DNA of 61,479 bases, the filler included, from Dugesia japonica (taxonomy: Eukaryota), in NCBI GenBank assembly GCA_001938525.1. It is 6 parts of 6 records of this genome, joined end to end, with 100 filler letters (N's around TTAATTAATTAA, not from the genome) between each part and the next. Parts side by side here need not be neighbours in the genome. Positions count along the whole stretch, not along the records: positions 36,119 to 44,484 come from MQRL01644331.1; positions 44,585 to 53,228 come from MQRL01563892.1; 4 more parts are not named here. One strand, 5' to 3'. The notes below the pieces were generated by a model. It was not told where the DNA came from. It saw only the letters and a list, made by a program, of their open reading frames with translations, and did no database searches. Positions 38,041 to 51,303 of this stretch are shown here, piece by piece. Every line of letters begins with the position of its first letter. Within the stretch, counting starts at the first letter, position 1. A program made the position numbers and the translations under genes.

Positions 38041-40049
38041 GTAAATTTTTATTTTATTAAAATTAATATTGACGTTATACATAATAACCGTAGCATTTCA
38101 TAAATGCTAGGACAGCGATCGGCGTCTATTAACACGCGTTTCATCTAGTAGCTTGATATGATGACTACTTTTATTATTCTTTTTAATTTGAAAAATATTC
38201 TTTTACAATTTACCATTGTGAATATTAATGAAACTGTACTTAAACTTTAATTTTTATTTCAAATAATATATTTTTATTGTTTTTTAATCCTAGCAACACG
38301 ATTAGTATTAAAATTTGTACTCCATGTGATACATCACCATATAAAAGTAACCTATCGCTGTGCTAAGATATATCGTTAAATAATAAACTACTGTATTATA
38401 TAAATAGTTACAGTTATAGGATTTCAATTATAATTAATAATTTCCAAGCAATTAAGTCATGTAACGATTTATCACCAATTAGAATGACAATACATATTCT
38501 CACATAAAATTGTTTCACTTATTATTTAAAGAATTTATAAATCTCTTTTATAAACTCTTATTCACGATATGTTTCAATAATATAGTAATCATCATTAACC
38601 AAATTTCAAATCTATGAAAAAAGACTAATTTAATAAATTTCTTCTTGTGCAATCAATTATGTAATTCAGATAGCAATCAATAAAGTCAATTAAAAATATT
38701 TTATAAAGATCTCTGAAGACCTTTCTGAACATCAATTTTTAGATTAAAAAAATCAAATCATCAACTCTTGCCTCAAAACTCTCTTCAAATATTCTTTAAA
38801 GTTTCAGAATGTTATATAAATAGTTTGATTTGGGTGTTGTTTTAATATTATTGTTATTTTGAGTATATTTTGAATTCGATTAAAAATTTTGATTGTATTT
38901 TTTTATTTTGATTATTTCAGTTTTATACAACAGTCTTATTACACAGAATAAAACTTTAAAATTATTAATGTCATTAATTGGTTTACATATATTGTTCAGC
39001 AATATTACCCTGATTTTCAATTTAATCGTGTTCTTGAATTCTTGTTCAGAAATGACGAGAATTTTCTCTAATTTGTGCGGTTTTTCACTAATTACATACA
39101 TATTTATAAACAAGACATACTAAGACACATTTATATAGTATTTCGGATTTATTACTAAACATTTTTATTGTATCGAAACTCTATTTTAAAATTTTATAAA
39201 TCATCTTTATATTTTAATAATTGAATAATGTCATGAATAATTTTTTTAAAACATGGCTTTTTAAATCGCTTATTTAAAGACTAGTGTTATTTTTATTTTA
39301 TTAATTTGAATTTAATTTAATTTTTTATTAATAATTTGAAAAATTTTTTTTTTGTTTATGAAATTACCAAACTCTTGTTATCCAAACAAGAATTATGTTA
39401 AGCCCCAAAATCCTGTGAATTGTAATCAATTTGTAGCAAAGAAATAATTAAAAATCATAATAATTCAACAATATATTTTGAAAGAAAGAGATATTTATTG
39501 ATATTTTTAAAAATCACATAACAAAATAACTGGAAAAAATATAATTAACTCATAAATTAAAAACTTGCATAATATTGCTATAATATACTAATACTTTGAT
39601 TTGGAAAAATCTAGAAGTACTAGATGCGCCTCGAACTTAAAAAGTTTAGAAACCACTGGTTTAACTAATCAATTTTATTTTGAAATTTGTTCATATTTTG
39701 AATTTTATTTATATAAAAAATAAATTCTGAACAATTTGCTCATTAATTAGCATTGTAATTATTATTTACAGTACCCTCCCCACTATTAATGGTACTTATG
39801 CCTTAGCTTCCATCCACTTGTGATTGCAAGACGTAAGAATTATATATGAAATTTACAATGAATATGAAATGAAACAAAGAACTCTTTAATTTCGAGATCA
39901 AAAGTTAACAATATGCTCAAGAATTGTATCAAAAGGATTAAAATTATGTAGACGTTCACACCACGTTTATTCACATATATAAGAATCAATCGTGACCCTG
40001 TTTGTTCCGCAGTGTCGACCATTTCTTTCATTGGCGCATCTTGTATATT

Positions 40050-40270
40050 TGGATCAACAAAAATTCAGTGAGTGATTAACTGTAGGATGATTGAACCCTT
40101 GATTAATCAGTTGACTAAATGCCTTCAATTCATCTGAAATAATGGTAGTTCCATGTAAAATACTTTAAGTAATTATGGGCATCAAGGTTGCAACACCTCT
40201 ATCAGGTACAGTAAATAAAAACGATTCTTTTGTTTCCCTGCAGATGCCGCCAAAGACCTATTGTTGATGG
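40050..40270 (-). pseudogene. Merlin/IS1595-family transposase relic within an SLC6 intron
   Basis: VFGGICRETKESFLFTVPDR...TLMPII...GTTIISDE..AF..L...GFNHPTVNHSLNF(fs)VDP. Confidence 0.85.
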
Positions 40271-41042
40271 AATAATGAGTAAATGAGTAATGAATGAGTA
40301 AATAATTAAAAATTAACTAAAACTAAATTTCAACAAACAAAAATATTTCTCTATAAAAGTTATTTGAAAAAATGATAATATAACAATTTTCTAGTGAGAT
40401 AAATCTTGTAATTAAAATAAAGAATTATATTATAAATGTTATTTAATTCAGTTTTTATTTCATTTAGTAAGTTACTTTTACAATTTTATTTTAAAATATT
40501 TAATAAAATTTAATTTATTATATTAAAACCTAAATTTTAAAATTTATTTTATTAATTTCATTTTCATGAAAAAATATTAATTAAAATAGAATTACAAAAT
40601 TTATTATATTATGATTAATATCATTATCAAAAACAAAATTTTTGATCGAAACTTTTATTTTAAATGAATTCTGAAATACGTTCAATGATTATGTCCAACA
40701 ATTATTCTCGCAATAATTTCAATTGTAAAAGATTAAAATAATGAAAAAAATTTTTAAAAAAAATTAATAAATAATTTACTAAAACATGAATTATAGATGT
40801 TAAAATCTCATTCTTAATTTATTTTTATCTAATAAATTTAATGAATAGGAACATCGATTGTCTTTCTTTAAAATATAATTTTTGCTTATTAAAAATAAAC
40901 AGTTTATCTATTAAATTAGAGAATCGTAGATTGGTCAATTTCTTTACGAAACAAAATACTTTACAAATGTAAACAAAAGTCATTTTTTACAAACATATTT
41001 GTTAGCAATATTTTATTAATTATTTGTAACATTTTTTAATTA

Positions 41043-41336
41043 GAGGCTATCTATTAATTATTTCTTACAAAATTGAGAGGAAGGGGTTTAAAGAAGTTTG
41101 ACAATTGTTAACAAGTGGAAGGTGGGTGTCAAAGATAAATTGACTTCAACAATTTTTTTACTATAAATTTATTAAATCAATAAATTAAGTAAAACATTAT
41201 TAATTTGTGGGGAATGGATAAACATTGGTCGACATAATTATATTAGGGTGTCAATGAAATAAGTTTGACAATTGTTTACAAGGGGGAGGGGTTAAATTTT
41301 ACTTGAAAATTGCGGACATAATTAATTGACAGCCTC
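41043..41336. mobile_element. MITE (PIF/Harbinger-like)
   Basis: TIRs GAGGCTATCTATTAATTAT / ATAATTAATTGACAGCCTC flanked by TTA and TAA. Confidence 0.6.
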
Positions 41337-41359
41337 TAAAGAATAATTTACTATTTCAG

Positions 41360-41522
41360 ATTGTCGTGATAGATTAGCATTGGTAAATTGCAGTTCTATG
41401 ATAAAAGTTGAAAATGGTACTTGTTATGACATCTCCAATCAATTCATTGGAATTTGGAATGAATCATTATTTACTATGAAGACCAATAGAAGCAGAATTT
41501 TACCAGCTGAAGAATACTTCAA
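41360..41522 (+). CDS. SLC6 transporter, exon (extracellular loop 2)
   Basis: Phase-1 acceptor; YCRDR...NCSS...NGTC...NES...PAEEYF, with N-glycosylation sequons. Confidence 0.85.
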
Positions 41523-43059
41523 GTAAAATTTGACTTTATAATTTTTTTTTGGGGGGGGATTTTCTTATGGAAATAATTTGAAATTGATCAAAATTTTAAT
41601 TAATATGTAATGAAATTTCTTTAAAAATGTGTTTGATTTATAAAACTTAGAAAAATACTATTTTTTTAACATCCAGAAATACCGTATGTGTTATGTTCAA
41701 AAATTCAGAAAAAATAAGTTTCGAAATTCGGACCTTCAATTTAATGATTTCTTTTTTAATATAACGTTTTTTGCTTATTCAATTAACTCATTATAGTTGA
41801 GCACTATTATTAAAAGACAGATAAAAAATTGCTTAAATCGATTCACTTGTACAATAAATGTATATAAACTTACTATGATACTACCAATTCACAGCATCCT
41901 TTTTATTGGACAAGTCAAAGAACAAAGTGAGATGAAATTTTAAAAATTTGCCAGCATTTTCTAATTCATTTATTGATTTTTTGATAATAACGTATTAAAA
42001 TATTTCCTGTCTTGGTAAAATTCAAATTTAGAATATAGGGTTCGGTTTATTTTTTTGATAGTGAGGTTCTCAATACAATAGAACGCATGTTATCATTACG
42101 GTGTCCTTATTCATTTTTTATCATTGTGGCTTGTTTAATTATTTCTATTTAAAAAAATCTAAATGAATAATAAACAAGTGGCAATCGCGTTGTTTTTGAT
42201 TTATTTTAAGTGTAAAAAATGTTTTTAGAACTAACTTNATATTTACTTTTAAAATCAAATGTAACAAATTTCTTTAATGATTTAACAATATAATATGGAT
42301 TGTGATTTGAAATATTTTATTCATAAATTACTAAAAATTATTATTTGTTGTGTAAATTAATATTACAATAGATATACTATTTACAAATTTTAGGAAGACT
42401 ATTTAATTTAATTTGATTCAATGAAGTAATTAAAATAATCTTAAAGAAGAAAATATCTATAGCAATATAATATAGATAATACAAAATTATTAGCAATAAA
42501 AATTATTCAATAAAAAAAGAAACCATAAATTGGATAAACGATTTTTTAAATTCATTTTATTAATTCCTATTTTAAAATTAAACTTTGATAAATTTTCTAT
42601 TATAATGAGTAGAACCTTCCTAGCATATCAATCTTATTTAGAAAAATGTTCTTACACTTTTCTTAATTTGTAATCTAATTATAGAAAAATAATTACCAAT
42701 TTTTCAATATTTAATTAAGTAGATATTAGCAGTTTTAATGAAGATTCTTATTTGTCTAATAATAAATTGTTGGAGGATACGTTGATTAGTGTTTGAATAA
42801 TTAAATCATAATAACAAAATTTTCCCATAAAATTTATTCAAATTCAAAATATAAATGACAACTATTATTTAAATAAATTTACCTTTTGTAGTTTGTTTTA
42901 AATTGTTTTGTTTTAAAGTTTTCAGTTAAAAACAAAAAATTCTTCATTTTCATGTTTTTAATTTTAGAAACTTTTTTTCATTAAAACCTTGAACAAATTT
43001 TAAAAATTGATACCTCTCTTCATATTCATTTTCAAAAATTTTTAAAGTTTTATTCGATC

Positions 43060-43800
43060 TGCTTCCAATTCTCATTATTTAAGAATGAGATATATCGTGA
43101 ATTCTGCATGGTTCCTCATATATGTCTTGTCTTTTGTTATGTGTTACTCACACTTACTAGTACGTCTTGCATATGAAATGTACTAGTTATTTGATTGCCC
43201 AGTTTCTCTTTTATCTGTAGATTTTTTGTATCTTTTGGTAATCTTTTTTTCATAATAGTATCTTTGCTGGACATTGGTTGATTGTGAAATCAATCTTTGA
43301 AAATATCTCTGCTCAATCCGACTTCCGTTTATCATGTAAAGTAGCATTTATCAGTTCTCGAACTGTCCGAATTAATCTTTTTATCTACCCACTTGTTTAA
43401 TAATGATAGGAATTCGCAAAGTGTAACTTAATATCTGACTTTTTTGTGAATTCTCTCATTATTCTTGATTCAAACACTTTTCCACAATCTGCTTTCATCT
43501 CCTTTGAGCAGTAAAATCTTAACGTCTATTTATCGAAAATCATTCTCTTTATCGATTTCTCATTTTATTTTGTATGGCTTTCAAGATCGGATACTTAATT
43601 TATTGGTATATTATGCCAAGTATGTACTGTTTTTCGTTTCTTGCATAGGTTTACAAACGTCTGCAAATATAATTTTAAACATTTTAATCTTTTCTATTTC
43701 CTTTACTGATTCTTTCATTTTAGTTATTGGAGCATCTCCAAACGATTTTTTATTCCAATTCCACAGATTTCTTCTCCTTATATAAATAATTTAAATTATA
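43060..43800 (-). pseudogene. Gypsy integrase relic
   Basis: IRTVRELINATL...D*AEIFSKIDFTIN, homologous to the other integrase relics in the window. Confidence 0.6.
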
Positions 43801-44484
43801 TTAAAATATTTTAAGAACAACAAATTTCAGAATGACACATCATTAGTTTAATGAGTTCTTTTAAACTCGTATTTGTGCCAGAAAATATTAATTTGATCCA
43901 TAAAGTAATTATCCATTCTTCAACATTGAAATTATCACATACATCCTATTTTATTATTACTGAACTTAGTAATTTTCTAATATTACAACATTTACATGTT
44001 GTTTTCAGACCTTTCTGATAATATTTGAATCATCATTTTTTATGAAATCTACAAATCATTCAGACAGGGTTTCATTATTCAGAGTTATTTGGGTTTCTAT
44101 ATTTTCTCTATTTAACAGTATCTGAAATTGCTATGATTCATTTATAGCTAAGTTTTAGATAAGAAAATTAAACCTTTAATTAACTCCAAATACAAATAGC
44201 TTTGAATTTTGTCATTTTATTTCTAACTCTGAAGTTGTTAGTAGTGTTGGGGTGAAACACCGGATTAATGAAAATATAATGGCGTAAGTAGACACGGAAT
44301 TCGAAAGATCTNCATAAGAAAAGAAAATGAAGAATTCGGACCCCAGATGGGCAGAGTCAAGTTAGAGAAAAGAATTATGAAAACCAAAATGAGATTGGAA
44401 GATCAAAACACGTATAAGGGATGCAAGAACTGGAACTACAGCAGGAGATAACGAAGAATTAAAGCGAACCAACAAAGTAAAGAA

Positions 44485-44584
44485 NNNNNNNNNNNNNNNN
44501 NNNNNNNNNNNNNNNNNNNNNNNNNNNNTTAATTAATTAANNNNNNNNNNNNNNNNNNNNNNNNNNNNNNNNNNNNNNNNNNNN
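44485..44584. other. Artificial contig-joining spacer
   Basis: 44 N + TTAATTAATTAA + 44 N. Confidence 0.97.
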
Positions 44585-44639
<55 letters not shown>

Positions 44640-45713
44640 AAATAATAATAATAATGATTATAATAAATAATTATAATAAAAATAAAAAGTTATAATTTAT
44701 AAATTTAATAATTACAAGAGACAGAGAAATAAAAAAAGATGCAAGAAAGAAATGAAAAGAAAATCATAGAGAAGAAATGAAAAATTAAGAAGCAAATAAT
44801 AGACAGATTATGATTGAATCTAAAACTGCTTAATGAAGGATTATAATCGGTAGAAAGTAAATTTTTTAAAGCATCAAAAAATCATAAATGAAGGTAAGAA
44901 ATAGGAAACCAAATCGACGACAAAATATTTTATTTGACGATGAAATTTACACTCACTTTAAAAGAACGAATCTAATTTATAGAGTTTATAAGATAGAAAC
45001 CAATGTATAATTATAATTGGTTAGTATAATAAATAATAAACTAAATTGACAGAANATTACTCCAGAAAATTAATAATATGAATCAATTCAAATGAAAAAT
45101 TCTGAAAAATAATTTTAATGAATTATTATGTAAAGTTATTATTATAATCCAGTAAATTATTAATTAAACTAAAGAAAATCAAAAGATTTTTTTTGTATAA
45201 ACAAATTTCATTAAAAATAGAACAAGAAATAAATTTATGCCATGAAAATTAATTAATTCATTTATGTCACTTATATTGTATGACATCATTCCATAGTAAA
45301 ATTCTATAGCCAATAAGAATTGAGCAAGGTGTAGGCAGTATTAAAATTTGTTATTAGCCTTGATTTTCAAAATTTTATCGTCTGATTCAAGCATTTCATC
45401 TTCTAAAAATATGAAAATAATAGTTTCTTCTTATTTTTTNNNNNNNNNNNNNATATTGAAATAGACAGTTAAAAAACAATTTTCTAATTCCTAACCAACA
45501 TTTTGAGGTTCACAAAATTTATATTAAAGACGAATAAAAATAATGCTCAAAATAAGCAAACAATTTTATGGAATAGAAAATAATATTTCTATATATTGAT
45601 TATAGTAAAACAAACATTAAAATTAATTGAGTTACATCTAAATTATTACTAGAATATTTGCTAGGCTTGACCATTTATAGTATTTTAAAAGTGAAGATAA
45701 ATTAAAGTGCTTG

Positions 45714-46084
45714 CAGCCAACGTTACCTCTAAATTTGAAAACCCGTGTGCGGGGTAAGCTGCAATGTGGGCAAATCATATAAATTTTAAAAAAATTGGTC
45801 AAAATATAAAACATCCCAAAGTTTTTTTTACTGTATTTTATTTTTTAGTATGTAAATAAAAATTATAATTTATTATATTATATTCAAGGAAGTAGTTTGA
45901 CTAATTTAATGAAAGGTTTTAAATAAAAACCATATACCTATATTAAATTCAGAAGGTAAAATATATAACTATTAAAAATATAAAATCATAATTTCGTGGG
46001 CGGATAAAAATGCTGACTGGGCAAATAACAATTTTTATCTGGGCAGTCGTCCGCCTGCCCATCTTACGGGGAACGTAGCTTGCA
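45714..46084. mobile_element. Possible non-autonomous DNA transposon
   Basis: Imperfect terminal inversion GCAGCCAACGTTACC / GGGAACGTAGCTTGC. Confidence 0.3.
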
Positions 46085-48307
46085 GTACTGAATTTATCTA
46101 TAAACTAAATAGGTTTAAGTCTACGGCCTCGAATTTTAGAGATTTTACTCTAAAAAATGTGTATATATTGAATATTCGTACATTTGAACTGACTTCAACT
46201 GACTAAAGGAGTTCTTATTTTTTCACACTTTGTTAATTTTTTCTTAGTCTACATATTATAGAAACTTTGGAAATAAAGCAATCAAATTTCAAAGCTCATG
46301 CAACTGAGGTAAAAATCAATTCAGAAAAAAGTACAAGGAAGAGAATAGAACCAAGCACTGTCTTCTCAACTAGTGTCTATACAACACTAGACTCGGACAA
46401 GCGGAAATCATTTTTGTTGATTTTTATATAGACAAGACAGCAGTAGCATTTCTTATTAACAGTAGAGAGGATAAAGGTATTATTCCAAAGAAAATGTTTA
46501 ACCCGGCTTGAAGTAGGTAAATTCATTCATTGGTGTCTGCAACCAACGAGCCAATATCAAGATATGTTCTCAGAAGACTTTCTTTCAAAATTAGTTACCA
46601 TAACACCCTAATAACTTGGGAATTCATCGTTGCAGATGCAATAATTATAATTATAAGTAATTATAATTTATAATATAATTATAAGTAATAATTATATTAT
46701 ACATTATACTAATCACAACATATTTCATCTAACAAATTAGCATAGTATAGTATAGATATGTTTTATTGAAATAATAGCTTCGATCAAGTTAAATTGTTCT
46801 TTAATAGATATTCGAATTTTCGATTATTGTCTTCTTCAGGAGGCGATTTCAAATGCGATCAATGGTTATGTTCACCAATTATTCTCCCAATAATTCTTGT
46901 AACTGTAAAACTGATATGTTTAATTATAATTTGTCAAATGTTTCAAAAATATGAAAATAGGATATAGAGGGACAATGCCTATGAAAATCCGGAACTGTAG
47001 ATGGACCTGATAAGTAAAATAGCCTCCCGTCTTATTTAAGTTCAGCAAATTTATCAATGACAGATGCATTTGGAACAACAAAAGTTTTGTTTATGTGTCT
47101 GTAGTTAGATGTCCAAAAATAATTTTAATCACACACACACACACAGTGTGTTACCAGCACAACATTATATAACAATGAAAACACTAGGAAACAGATGGCA
47201 TTTCCACACTTTACACGAAGAAACATGAGAAATACTAATAAAAAAAACGATAAATCAAACAACAATTAAATTAATAATTTGAATTATTAAAAAAAATTAT
47301 CCGGTTAAAATTCAATAAAATAAATCAATTCTAAAATGACCATATTTCTTTTGAATCAATCCATTATTGGATCTCTAACAACAAATTAAAGAAAGTCATT
47401 TTAATCTACGCTTTTTAAACTTAAAAATGAATTGAATATTATTTTAAAAATAAATATTTAAATTAATTTTAAAATTAAAATCATCAAATTTATAAATGTG
47501 GATTGTTTGACGATCTCGATGACAATCCTGACCGTCGATGTCTGAGAAATGGAAAATAATTAGACAAAATCTAACAACTTTCCATTAAAAAAAAATCTTT
47601 CACTGGCATTGAATCTGTAAATTATTTTTACTGAAGACAAGTTTTAGAAATTTTACATTAATGAAATAATAAAAAGAAAAAAATACAAAACATTATTTGA
47701 TTTTATATTAAATAATTTAAATATCTTATTTAATTAAAATCTTCGAGCGAAATGTTGTTTTTTTTTAAATTTTTAACAATTTTTTTTAGTTGTTAATATT
47801 TGAAATTTTCACCAAAAATCATCACATAACATGGACAATATTAGGAACAAGCTACATTTCCACACAATTCACAGGAAGAAACATGAAGAAATATTGATCA
47901 AATAGGATAAACCTAAAATCAATGTAGTTTATAATAATTAAAAAAAACTGAAAAAATTTATTTTAAAATTAAAATAACATTATCCAATGAAATTTCAATA
48001 AAATACAAACAATTTTGACAACAACTAAACAATTATAAAAAATATTTAAAAAAGCAACATTTGGATCTAATCTTTTTATTTAATTTAATGAAATCTCAAA
48101 TGGTAAAGCCCAACAATTATTCTCGCAAGAACTCTTATAATTGTAAAAATTTAAATATTTAATTTTAAAATAATTTTCAATTCGTTTTTTAATTGAAATA
48201 AATAAAAAAAAGCGTAGGTTAAAAAAATTCTTTAATTTGTGGTTAAAGATCTAATAATTGATTGATTCATTCCAGTAAATATTAACCTTTTAAGTGAGCC
48301 GCACCCC

Positions 48308-48766
48308 ATTGTAGTAGTGACGGGTGGTGTGTAAAAAGGGCAGGGACGTAATTAGCGCAAGCTAGTGACTTGCACTTACTAGGAATTCCTCGTTCATGTG
48401 AAATAATTGCAATTCACCATCCCTGTTACGACAGTGTTTTACAAGATTGCCCAACTATTTCTCGTAAGCTATACTCGTTGGAACTGACATTGTAGCGTGC
48501 GTGTGGCCCCGGATATCTAAGGGTATCACAGACCTGTTATTGCTCTTTTCATTTAGCTAGAAGCTATTTATTATTCTAAGAAGTAATTATTTACGAGTTA
48601 AAATAAATACACTATTTAGCAAGTTAGAGTCTCGTTCGTTATCGGAATTAAACTGACAAATCGTTCCACCAGCTAAGAACGGCCATGCACCACCACCCAC
48701 CAAATCAAGAAAGAGCTATCAATCTGTCAATCCTCACAGTGCCCGGACTGAGTGAGAATTACCGTG
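48308..48766 (-). pseudogene. Dispersed 18S rRNA 3'-region fragment (rRNA pseudogene)
   Basis: GATTGACAGATTGATAGCTCTTTCTTGAT, GGTGGTGCATGGCCGTTCTTAG, ATAACAGGTCTGTGAT, GAGGAATTCCTAGTAAG; substitutions in universal motifs; no flanking rDNA. Confidence 0.93.
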
Positions 48767-48971
48767 AGGTTTCTCGACCAACTGTATAATAGACTCAGAT
48801 AGAGAGTAGACGAGGGTAAGTAGGCGCTGCCGAATCTACCGAGCTGCCTACGTATGTGTAGGTGATCGCATGCATTGCAACGAAATATCACATTCACGTG
48901 TTTTTTTTACTTTATTCTTAGTTTTGGCATATTTGTATTTTTTATGAAAAACCCCTCACCCTAATTTTTGT

Positions 48972-49036
48972 AAAAGCTTCAATATCCCAATAACGCAGTC
49001 CTGACTTTAGCGTTATTGGGGAATTACTGAAGTTTT
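48972..49036. repeat. Short hairpin
   Basis: CCCAATAACGC / GCGTTATTGGG stem with extended arms. Confidence 0.6.
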
Positions 49037-49629
49037 CAAATATTTTATTATCAAAAATTTAATAAATGGTTTTCAATTATTTATATTGTTAGAGGCTTCT
49101 TCAGCATCCCCAAATATAACTTCCTGCACCCCCAGTAGTGCGGACACCCCGGGTTAAGAACCACTGATTCATTATTTTTAAAAAATAATATAAATTTAAG
49201 AATTTAGTTTATTTTATTGAATTTGAACCGGATAATTTTGTTCTAATATTATGAATTACTAATTAATTGGATGTTTGGTTTATCGTTTAGTATTAAAACG
49301 AAAAATAAATACATGTGAAAACACTATTTTATTTTATAAAATTCATTTAGACAGTAGTAGATAAATAATTATTTTATTTTATTTATATACAGTTAAACAA
49401 CACAACCATTAAAAAATGATTTTTAAAAAAGCCACATAAAAGCTAAATTTATTATCTTGATCTACTTAGGAATAAACCAGTGATTTTAATGGATCAGTTT
49501 TAATTGATTTTCTTTATTTGCTATAGCATTGTTTCCGTTTTATAAATTCTAACTGAAATCATAATTTGTTTATGAATTAAACAAAAATAAAATTTTATTA
49601 ATTAAATGAGATTATTTATAATTACTAAC

Positions 49630-49803
49630 TTTGATGTGATCCCTCAGTTACAAAATCATGGAAATGAATCATAATTCTATTGAAATGATCAAATGCTTTA
49701 ACTGACCACAGACAAATCAGATTACTTCGGTATTCATTTGGATATCGATTACTAGTTATGATTCCACCACGAATTTGCGACATTATATTTTCTCCACAAT
49801 TGC
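49630..49803 (-). CDS. CUB-domain protein, exon (start of the next CUB domain; SOL-1/cubilin-like)
   Basis: CGENI...GGIITSNRYPNEYRSNLICLWSV...IMIHFHDFVTEG; preceded by a 52-nt phase-1 intron. Confidence 0.85.
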
Positions 49804-49855
49804 CTTAAAAAGAAAATCTCCATAAATCTGAAAAATAGAAATAAATTTTTCATAC

Positions 49856-50072
49856 TATTCAAAATTTCCTGAGTTGGAATAAAATCGTAGAATGCATAAA
49901 ACCCAGAATGAGACTGAGCACTATCTGATATAAACATCAAACTGATGACATCAGATCTAGGATCACTAACTAATGGACCTGGAATTGAACTACCACAAAG
50001 CAAGGATGTCTCCACTGTTTCAGAGTTTGTTGATATTCTTTTTGGCACTTTTTGTATTACTTTGACTAAATC
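49856..50072 (-). CDS. CUB-domain protein, exon (end of one CUB domain)
   Basis: LCGSSIPGPLVSD...ISLMFISDSAQSHSGFYAFYDF; AG/GT bounded. Confidence 0.85.
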
Positions 50073-51231
50073 CTAAAATTATTTAATAATAAATAATAAT
50101 TAAAATACAAAAACGTAACATTTTTTAAATCTAACACACGTTTTGACGTAACGCTTTTTTATTTATGTTTAAATTATAATTTTAAAATCAATTTTTATAG
50201 ATTGCTAGTAAAATATGAATAGTAATTGAGGACAAAAGGTCTTCAAGTGCGAAATTAAGACAAAATATTTCATAAATATTTCCACTCTGTCATAAAAATA
50301 TTAAAAATTGGAGAAAAAAAATAAAAAATATTCAACTCCAGGGACGTTTTGTCTTAGTTTTTCACNNNNNNNNNNNNNNNNNNNNNNNNNNNNNNNNNNN
50401 NNNNNNNNNNNNNNNNNNNNNNNNNNNNNNNNNATTAGTCAACACATTTCAGTAAGAAGATTTGAATTTTGGTTAAGAATTTGTTTAGTTGAACATAGTC
50501 AAATGATTTAGAATTTGGTATCATTCGACTCGTAATAAAATACTGTCAATATATTGCCTAAAGTACTACTATAAAAAAATGTTTCCTTCTCTTTGGAAGA
50601 GGTGTGCCGCACTGGATCACTTATAATAATAGTTTTAATTATACTTATAAATAATAATACTTAGAACATTTTGGTATCATTCAACTCAAAATACAAAACT
50701 GACTATATATCGTACAAAGGAACTGCCGAAAAACGTTTTCAACACTCGACGGTAAAGTTGCTCATTAATTTATTGGTTGAAAATTTTTGCGCGGAAAATT
50801 TGAATAATACATTTGTTATATTTATATGTGGGAAATTGGAATTTAAATGTTTTCACTGGCAAATATTGTATTTGTTTTAATTTTTGTTTTATTGAATTTT
50901 TATTATTTATTTTTCTAGAAATATACATAATTTTCATTAAAATATACAATTTGTTACACAAACTTCATCAAATTAAATCACAATTTTATACAAATAAAAC
51001 CTAATTATTATTATTATTAATTACTGCGATTTCAACATAAATTAATCAATTTACAAAATAAAAAAATATTTTTTGTAGTTTAAAAAATGTTTTAATTATT
51101 TAATTTAATATTTAAATAAAATAAGAACCTTAAAGTTATCGTTTGAGAATTTTATTCCAATGTTTCTTTTATGATGCCCTAACTGTAAATTCTCCCGTAT
51201 TTCATGGAATGATTTTTTTATAATTATGATA

Positions 51232-51303
<72 letters not shown>

